From Stegastes partitus (taxonomy: Eukaryota): a stretch of DNA of 16,216 bases. The translations under genes were made by a program, and so were the position numbers. Location: the NCBI RefSeq assembly GCF_000690725.1, contig NW_007578739.1:60997-77212 (forward strand). The letters are read 5' to 3'. This document shows, one piece after another, positions 9,139 through 16,216 of this stretch. Each line of letters starts with the position of its first letter. Position 1 is the stretch's first letter. The notes beneath the pieces were generated by a model that was not told the DNA's origin, ran no database searches, and saw only the letters and a program-made list of their open reading frames with translations.

Positions 9139-9336
9139 GGTGGTGTTCGGACCGGAGATGGTGATGCTGGGGCCTGACGAGCAGTTCACCGTGCTGTCGC
9201 TGTCTGGAGACAAACCGAAGAGGGCCAACGTCATCAAAGCCATCTGCCTGCTGCTCGGGCCCGACTTCTTCACCGACATCATCACCATCGAGACCGCCGA
9301 CCACGCAAGGCTGAAGCTGCAGCTCTCATACAACTG
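9139..9336 (+). CDS. mvp: MVP coding exon 10 ([68 protein letters not shown])
   Basis: Acceptor gtccacag|G at 9137-9138. Donor TG|gtaact at 9337 leaves TG (phase 2), completed by G at 9714 to give Trp. Matches human [66 protein letters not shown]. Confidence 0.88.
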
Positions 9337-9675
9337 GTAACTCACAGACACTGAGCTGACTGTACACTCGATATTGAAATTACATAAGAAAGATGATTAA
9401 CCGTAGCAGTTTACTGGAATAAATTCAGAATAAAAAAGATTTTCAATGTTTGCAACTTCTCTTAGTTTTTGCTTCAGTCACGTTTGTCACCGCTGTGGCT
9501 CATTTTTCTCTGCAACATAAAGTCCTGCAGCTCTGTGGACACACAACAACCACAAAGAAGGAGAGACTCAGAAATGTGTTCTGTGTAGAATGACTCAGAA
9601 TGACAAAACAAGTAGAATTTCATTGATCGTTTGTGGTACAAAAATTGCAACCAACCTTTAACCTCGAACTCAGTC

Positions 9676-9710
9676 TTCTTTTTCTTCTTCTTCTTCTTCT
9701 TCTTCTTCTT
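9676..9710 (+). repeat. (CTT)n microsatellite, about 10 pure units, forming the polypyrimidine tract of the exon 11 acceptor
   Basis: Direct reading: cttctttttcttcttcttcttcttcttcttcttcttcag|G. Confidence 0.95.
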
Positions 9711-9713
9711 CAG

Positions 9714-9858
9714 GCACTTTGAGGTGAAGTCTCCAGCCTCTGCTGGCGAGTCAGCAGCTCTGTTCTCGGTTCCTGACTTTGTGGGAGACGCCTGTAAAGC
9801 CATCGCCTCCAGGATCCGAGGAGCAGTCGCCTCCGTGCAGTTCGACGATTTCCACAAG
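9714..9858 (+). CDS. mvp: MVP coding exon 11 ([49 protein letters not shown])
   Basis: The acceptor is a (CTT)n tract, ..cttcttcttcag|G, at 9712-9713. Donor AAG|gtttgt at 9859. Matches human HFEV...[35 protein letters not shown]. Confidence 0.9.
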
Positions 9859-10391
9859 GTTTGTGTCTCAAGATTATTAATATTCAGTGTTGCGTTCAGG
9901 GACGTCTCGGCTTCACGTCATGCTCTGTGGAAACACAGAGAAGCCTCGCATGCATCACCACATGCTAAATGTTCCTGAATGCCTCACATGCAGCGGTAAA
10001 TGTAAGACATTACTGATGTTCCCTGAACACCTCACAGTCATTTTAAACACTGACATCACAGCTTATTGTGTTTATTTAAGTGTGAGAATCCAAAACTTGT
10101 TTCGCAATTTGACAACTAAGAAAATAACAAAAATTATATGAATATTTAGTATTTTTGTAGGGACAAGCTTTATTTATTTTTATTTATTACTAGCACCTCG
10201 TACGTAGAGTTAGCATGTAGCTAGCTGTTGCCCTTGAGCAGGTAGATTTGGCAACCACAGAACTACAACTACACAACATAAACTGTGACGCAATAAGCAG
10301 AATCTGTCCTTCAATACAGTATGAAGGACACGTTTTTCAGCTTATTAACGTTAAATCAGTTTAAATCTCATCTGATCTTTCTTGTTCTCAG

Positions 10392-10603
10392 AACTCCAAC
10401 CGGATCATCTGCTCCGCGGTGTTCGGCTTCGACGAGAAGCTGGTGGTGCGTTCGAGTCTTCACTTCAACCAGAACAACCTGGTGATCAGCAGCGTGGACA
10501 TCCAGTCGGTGGAGCCGGTCGACCAGAGGACTCGAGACGCTCTGCAGAAGAGCGTCCAGCTGGCCATCGAGATCACAACCAACTCCCAGGAGGCCGCCGC
10601 TCG
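10392..10603 (+). CDS. mvp: MVP coding exon 12 ([72 protein letters not shown])
   Basis: Acceptor tcttgttctcag|AAC at 10390-10391. Donor CG|gtacga at 10604 is in phase 2. Matches human NSARIIRTAVFGFE...[41 protein letters not shown]. Confidence 0.88.
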
Positions 10604-11159
10604 GTACGACGTCGGCCTTTCACATTCTCAGACACTAGCTGACGTCTGAGCACAAACAGCTGGATGTTAATATCTGTGTTAGACTCTGGTGCCATTTGTT
10701 TACCAGATAATCAACATTTTCAACAAGATATCAACAGATGTGATTTTTATCTGTGGAAAAAGTAACGACAACTTTGGCATCAGAAGCCAGTTTTGCCTCT
10801 TTGAGCAGATTTTTGTTGGTGTTTTACATTAATTCTCCCTTTGCTCCGATATGTCTAGTCTGAGTTAAAAAAGAAAAAGAAAAAAGGTAAATTACATCTT
10901 CAGTCTTGTTTATTCACTGTGTTTATGTAAACGGTGATGAACGCAGAAAGGATTTAGTTTCCAGATTACTGCCTCAGACGAGCTAAAATCTTTGGGAAGC
11001 TGTTTATATACACAAGAAAAGATACTACCGGTTGTTGTACTCCAACCAGCTCATACCAGTTTTAGATGCTGAGATTTTTATAGTTTAGAAAGCAGCAAAC
11101 AATCTTTTTTTACCCACAAAGAAACATGATGATGTTGACGAGGTTTTGTTTGGCTGCAG

Positions 11160-11276
11160 ACATGAAGCCGAGCGTCTGGAGCAGGAGGCTCGGGGGAAGC
11201 TGGAGAGGCAGAGGATCACCGACCAGGCCGAGGCCGAGAGGGCCAGGAAGGAGCTGCTGGAGCTGGAGGCCCTCAG
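11160..11276 (+). CDS. mvp: MVP coding exon 13 ([41 protein letters not shown])
   Basis: Acceptor tggctgcag|A at 11158-11159. Donor AG|gtgaag at 11277 leaves AG, completed by T at 12223 to give Ser, matching human ...ELEALS. Matches human [39 protein letters not shown]. Confidence 0.88.
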
Positions 11277-12222
11277 GTGAAGCCACAGCACTGGGTGAAC
11301 TGGGGAGGCACCAGTCCCACCTCTCAGACAGGACAGTAAACACTGCAGCTGGAAGGAGATCAGTGAAGGAGGAGTCGCTTGTTGTCTCGATAAATTTACT
11401 GCTCGTTCAGCAAACTAAAGCTGTAAAGATTTCTCCTGCTGTTGATGATGACGATAGGTTTTTGTTTTTTGGGGGCTCCAGTCACATTTTTTCTCACTGT
11501 GGGCTCATTTTTTCCCCACAGGTGTTACCAGCACTGACAAAAATGGAGGCTTGTTGTACAATAGATATTTAACTACTTACATTCATAACTTCCTTCACTC
11601 TCCTCTCTGCTCTGTGGAAACACCGCCTGAAGTTCAACTGGAAACCACATGTTTGTCACCAGACTGTTGGTCACAGCTGAGCCAGTCACTGTTCACAGAG
11701 GAGCTCAGAATTTAAAATGTTTTTACAGAGAGATTGTTATGAACACAAAAATCACAAATTTAAGCTTAGATTTAAATATAAATGTCCAGATGTTCCTGTA
11801 CGCCACACGTGATGCATTCAAGGACCAGCAAAGAGTTGAAAATCAGATTATTATTTCTGTTTTCTGATTTAAAAAATGGTGATTTTGGCAGTTTTGGGTT
11901 TCAGATGATCAACAATAATCAGATTACGTGACCCGAACCTGTTAGAATCACTCAGTCAGTGAATATTTCTTCTTTGATAGACGCAGAGCTCAGGAACGTT
12001 TAAACAGTTTGTAAATGGATTTAAAAATGCTGAAGATGTTTTCGTGCAGACATGTAACAGTCTGGATGCGTCATAAGGAGTTTTAACATTTATAAACGCG
12101 TTAATAAGTGCTCACAATGTGTTTTAAAGCGTCTGTTTATGCACGACTTCTGAATGCTGCAACGATTAATGAGGTCACTTGTTTTCTGTAAAAAACTAAC
12201 CAGCCGAGCGTCTGTGTTTCAG

Positions 12223-12349
12223 TGCTGCTGTGGAAAGTACCGGAGCTGCGAAGGCCGAGGCTCAGTCTCGGGCCGAAGCGGCTCGAATTCAGGGTGAGGC
12301 GGCCGTCAACGAGGCCAAACTGAAGGCCGAAGCTCAGAGGATCGAGGCG
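12223..12349 (+). CDS. mvp: MVP coding exon 14 ([43 protein letters not shown])
   Basis: Acceptor tgtgtttcag|T at 12221-12222 and donor GCG|gtacgt at 12350. Matches human [42 protein letters not shown], the cap-helix and coiled-coil region. Confidence 0.88.
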
Positions 12350-13406
12350 GTACGTTAACACGAGCTCACTAAAGTAGACGGCCAACAGCAAGCTTCACAT
12401 GAAAAAGAGATTTAAATGTTATTTTAAACCTCAGTTAATAAAAACTCCTGAAAAGCCTAAAAACTCTCCAATATGGTGAAGCATCCAAAAAGCTGTAGCT
12501 GGCATTAACCAGAGAGGAGAGTTTGTGTCGGCAAATACTCATACAATCAGTAAACTCTCATGTATTTGGCAGTTATGATCAGGACTGATGCTCTTACTCA
12601 GTGGAAGTGAAAAAATAATGATAGTTTCTAATATTTTTATGGCTTTTTGGCTTCTTTTGTCCTCTCAGGTGTGAGTTTTTATTAAAAACCTGACTGTGTA
12701 AATAAGAAATGATGCATTTAATCACTGAAGTTAATCAGCGACAGACTGTGATCATCAAAAGAAGAATCTTCTATTCATTATATTATATGGAATAAAAAAA
12801 CAACAACCATGGCGTCATGTAAACAAACCGGCATTTAAAGGGTTAAAATCCTAAATATCAATGAGTGTTTGGTAATTATGATCAGAACTCACGGAGAGCA
12901 AAAGAAATACGCAACTGAAACTGAGAAATAATCATAATACATAACATTTTTGGCGTTATTGATGTTTTGTCCTGAAGGACTTTTTTAAATTGCTGCCTGA
13001 GTGCTAAAGGAAGTGAGAACAGAGCAGCACAGTCTGTCCAACTCTAACCTAGTCAACAGGTTTTTATTACAGAATCCAAGATGACTTTTCCTCTGGGTTA
13101 GCAAAAAAAATCTTCTATCATTAGAAAAAAACAAAGAACGGAGGGTTTCGTGTCTGTAACTGTTTGTAGGTTTAGTTTAGTCGAATGTAAAGTGACTTTA
13201 AGTAAAGATTATATTCATGGTGGGTTATTTTCTCGATGGACCAATCAGCTGTTTGGTCTGAAAATGATGAAGGTGTGCTTCAGTGTTTCCTCAAATGTCT
13301 CGTTTTATCCAAACATGTTCAGTTTACTGTCACAGAGGAGAAAATAAGCTGCAGCCACAGAACTGAAGCTGTCGTAGTTTTAATCCAAGCCTGTGTGCGT
13401 CTGTAG

Positions 13407-13595
13407 GAGGCGGAGCTTCAGCGGCTGATGAAGGCTCGTGAGCAGGAGCTGAACTACAAGAAGGAGATAGACCGACTGGAGGTGGAGAAGCAGGAACGTC
13501 TGGCTCAGATCGAGAGTCAACGCTTCAGCCAGCTGATGGAGAGTTTGGGCAGCGACACCCTGAAGGAGATCGCCAGAGCCGGACCAGAGCTGCAG
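13407..13595 (+). CDS. mvp: MVP coding exon 15 (EAELQRLMKAREQELNYKKEIDRLEVEKQERLAQIESQRFSQLMESLGSDTLKEIARAGPELQ)
   Basis: Acceptor tgcgtctgtag|GAG at 13405-13406 and donor CAG|gtgctg at 13596. Matches human [62 protein letters not shown]. Confidence 0.88.
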
Positions 13596-14461
13596 GTGCT
13601 GTACCGACACCACGTCGTCACTCACGTCACAACACTAACGCCTCCATTTAAACCAAAGTCTGTTACATTTTAATAGAGATCTGAGGTTAGAAAGTGAAGT
13701 TCAAGCAAACTGGTCCCAATATTAAGTTAAAATGCTCTGAATGTTTACTACAGACGCTACATTACTGCTATTATTGAAAATTATTATTATTATTTACAAA
13801 AAGAAAACACAGTTAGTTATAACAACACTATATTCAAATTCCACTATTTCTGTTAAATACGTCAACTTACTGGTATTTATGAAGAACATTTGTTGAACCA
13901 AAGAGAAATAACATTAGAAATTAACTTATCAGGTTCAAACATGACTGTTTATACCCACAGGGTGTTTGGGTTTTACCGTTTAATTAGAAGGTTGGGAAAT
14001 GCACCATTCATTTCTGAGTCTTGAGAAGTTTATTTGATCTATAAATTGCCAGAAAACAGTGAAAAATATCCATCAGAGTTCGGAACAAGTCTAAATGATC
14101 GTCTTCAGACTGTCAGAAACTCAGAGATTCAGTCAAAATGTCAAATATTCATGTTTATAGGAGAGTCTTTGGGCCTTTTGTCAAACTGTGATGGATCCTT
14201 TTCACTGTTTTCTAGAATTTTATAAAGCCAATAACTGAAAATATATCAGATTAGACGCTAATGAATATAGGCTATAATTTTAACTTGTATGTTCAGTAGT
14301 CAAACACGTCGTAAACACATTTTTAAGTAAGTAATTCGTGAAGTGATAATAATAGTAAATAAAAAGTTACTTAAAATACACATAATGCAGTACAACATAA
14401 AACGCCTCCTTGAATTGGTGCAGAACTTTATTCTCTCTTTGTTTTGATGTCCGTCGTGCAG

Positions 14462-14581
14462 CTGAAGATGCTTCAGGCTCTCGGTCTGAAGTCGACTCTC
14501 ATCACTGACGGCTCGTCGCCCATCAACCTCTTCACCACCGCCAACGGCCTGCTGGGGGCGCTGCCGGGCCAGGGCCAGTGA
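14462..14581 (+). CDS. mvp: MVP terminal coding exon 16 ([39 protein letters not shown]; stop TGA 14579-14581)
   Basis: Acceptor ttgatgtccgtcgtgcag|CTG at 14460-14461. Aligns residue-for-residue with human [38 protein letters not shown]. It ends earlier than the human C-terminal tail. Confidence 0.85.
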   Translation: MKMLQALGLKSTLITDGSSPINLFTTANGLLGALPGQGQ

Positions 14582-14707
14582 GGAGGAGGAGGAGGATGAA
14601 GGCCAGAAGTAAACCTCGACTCGTTTTTCAGCTTTAAAAGCATCAGATTTCACGCAGGAACTCTGAATTTAGACAAAACAAATACAGAAAATCTGCATGA
14701 TTTGTCT

Positions 14708-14725
14708 GTTCATTCACTTATTTCA
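14708..14725. repeat. Left arm of an 18-bp perfect inverted repeat (gttcattcacttatttca); the right arm is at 14974-14991
   Basis: The reverse complement of 14974-14991 (tgaaataagtgaatgaac) is identical. The arms are about 250 bp apart and enclose the candidate poly(A) signals. Confidence 0.85.
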
Positions 14726-14850
14726 GTGTTGGAACTAAAAAGAGAAGAAAAAAAGTAAGAATTTAGTTTTTTTTAAAAAGGAAATGACTGTTTTATGATT
14801 ATTACTGAACAGTTAAAGTGTCTGATCCTGTTTTAGTTTCTCTGCAGGTG

Positions 14851-14856
14851 AATAAA
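14851..14856 (+). terminator. Candidate polyadenylation signal AATAAA (a second one at 14872-14877)
   Basis: This is the first canonical AATAAA, 270 nt downstream of the stop codon and followed by a T/GT-rich stretch (14900-14960). Further AATAAAs lie at 15199 and 15548. Confidence 0.4.
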
Positions 14857-14973
14857 CGGCAAACATCCAAAAATAAAACCCATTTTTAAGTCATTTTCAA
14901 TGTCTATGGAAAAAATATATTCAGATATTTTTTCCGGTCTTTTTGTTGTTGTTGTTTGTTTATTCAGATTAAA

Positions 14974-14991
14974 TGAAATAAGTGAATGAAC
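14974..14991. repeat. Right arm of the 18-bp perfect inverted repeat
   Basis: See the left arm. Confidence 0.85.
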
Positions 14992-16079
14992 GACAATTAT
15001 ATCTGTGATGGTTAAAGCGTCCAGGTGAAGCGAGTTTCGGAGGTTTACTTTTGGATCTCTGCTGCGAATTGAAGAAATTTTGTGCCTCTAACCGAAGATG
15101 CTGTTTCCTTCCCAAAGATTTCTCTGCTTTGCACTTAAATGTGACACGATGGGATGAAAGTTGTGTTTACATGTTAAACCTTTTCCTGTTTCTGTGGTAA
15201 TAAAGTCCAAGTGGAAGTCCGGCTGTGGGTCCGACATGAAGAACTGACATCCTTTGAAGTGCTAATGCTGGTGTTTTCACTATGACTTCTCTTTGAAGCA
15301 ATATTAAAAAATCTGGCGTACTTCTGTGTTCCTGGTGTGCGTTCATTTATCTGGACGGTTCACGAACACCTCCAGAGCTTCTAAAGTGTGCTTTATTATA
15401 GACAAGAGCTACAAAAATCGAATTGCTTGAGTCATTTTCTAGGTTTCAGCTTCTTAAATGTGACAATTTGCTGATTTTCTTCCTGAATTATTATTGTTAT
15501 TGTTTTCAGTTTGCTGTGTTTGGTTCAGATTTCTTCCTGTATTTCTGAATAAACTCCAAGTGGGTGAATGAAGACGTTTATAAGACGAACAAGCTCGTCC
15601 CATGAAAGTTGTTGAGGTTTTCTTCAACATATTAGAACAAACACCTGATTCTCGTTGTGCTTGTGATTAATGGAGAAACGTGACAGTTGCAAACAAATTA
15701 GAACCTAAAATGTGTCTCTGTTTAAGTTCATAATCCAAATGAATAATCAGTCCAGACGGCCTCAGAATCAGCTGCTTCTGTATCGACCATGACCAAGCCA
15801 TGCACAGGCTTACCGTCATCCTATGAATATTTTACAGGCCCTTGCCATACGTAGGTCAGAACACTCCTGCTACTCATGTTTTGGGATTTTAGAATTGTTT
15901 TTAGGCTTTTGAATGGAATAAAAACTTGAGACCCATCTGGTAAAAACTGCAAACAAATCAGTTTTACATCCATCTGAAGACTAAATCTGGTTTAGATTTT
16001 AGCCGCCCAGGTGGAGGTCAACCAGATCAGAGGATTCAGGAAACGTGTTTCTCCACCAACTTAGTTTTTGTTTCGAGAG

Positions 16080-16216
16080 TTTGGATTGGTTTCGGCATTA
16101 GGTTTGGATTGGGTTCTGACTGATTGGGTTTAGACTTGAGACTTAACTTTGGATTGGTTTCGGCATTAGGTTTGCATTGGGTTCTGACTGATTGGGTTTA
16201 GACTTGAGACTTAACT
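16080..16216 (+). repeat. Tandem repeat with a 68-bp period, 2 copies, truncated by the window end (tttggattggtttcggcattaggttt[g/c][g/c]attgggttctgactgattgggtttagacttgagacttaact)
   Basis: Units 16080-16147 and 16148-16215 differ at about 2 positions. The 'gattgg' submotif recurs inside each unit. Confidence 0.9.

Noticed and set aside
15191-15566. Two similar short motifs around AATAAA (tggtaataaagtccaagtgg and tgaataaactccaagtgg), and 'cttaaatgtgaca' at 15133 and 15452
   Set aside because: These are short imperfect matches of 13-20 bp. They are too short to distinguish from chance or low-level repeat debris without a genome-wide search.
1-16216. A prokaryotic-style novel system (defence island, operon, CRISPR)
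   Set aside because: The sequence has spliceosomal introns with GT-AG boundaries, SINEs, microsatellites, and exon-GC against intron-AT compositional contrast. It is a vertebrate nuclear gene region with no contiguous multi-gene prokaryotic architecture and no CRISPR-like direct repeats.

Overview
This window is a eukaryotic, teleost-fish-like genomic locus, not prokaryotic DNA. It holds an essentially complete major vault protein (MVP) gene on the + strand. I reconstruct 16 coding exons (906..14581) with canonical GT-AG introns and consistent splice phases. The coding total is 2631 nt, 876 codons plus stop. The predicted product aligns along its whole length to vertebrate MVP: N-terminal IIRIPP(H/Y)HYIHVLDQN, the successive vault-repeat segments, the C-terminal coiled coil and the [18 protein letters not shown] tail. 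Exons are GC-rich with a strong GC3 bias. Introns are AT-rich and repeat-laden. They contain a tRNA-derived SINE, an interspersed repeat family with two tandem copies in intron 8 and a split copy in intron 3 carrying a nested CpG-rich insertion, several microsatellites, a roughly 660-bp A-depleted T/G-rich block upstream, an 18-bp perfect inverted repeat pair in the 3' flank, and a 68-bp-period tandem repeat at the window end. No prokaryotic defence or operon-like system is present. The items most worth a second look are: fish-specific differences in MVP (an acidic/basic insertion encoded at the start of exon 8 next to a NAGNAG tandem acceptor, an N-terminal extension and a short C-terminus); an exon-11 acceptor whose polypyrimidine tract is a pure (CTT)n microsatellite; and the nested and duplicated intronic repeats.
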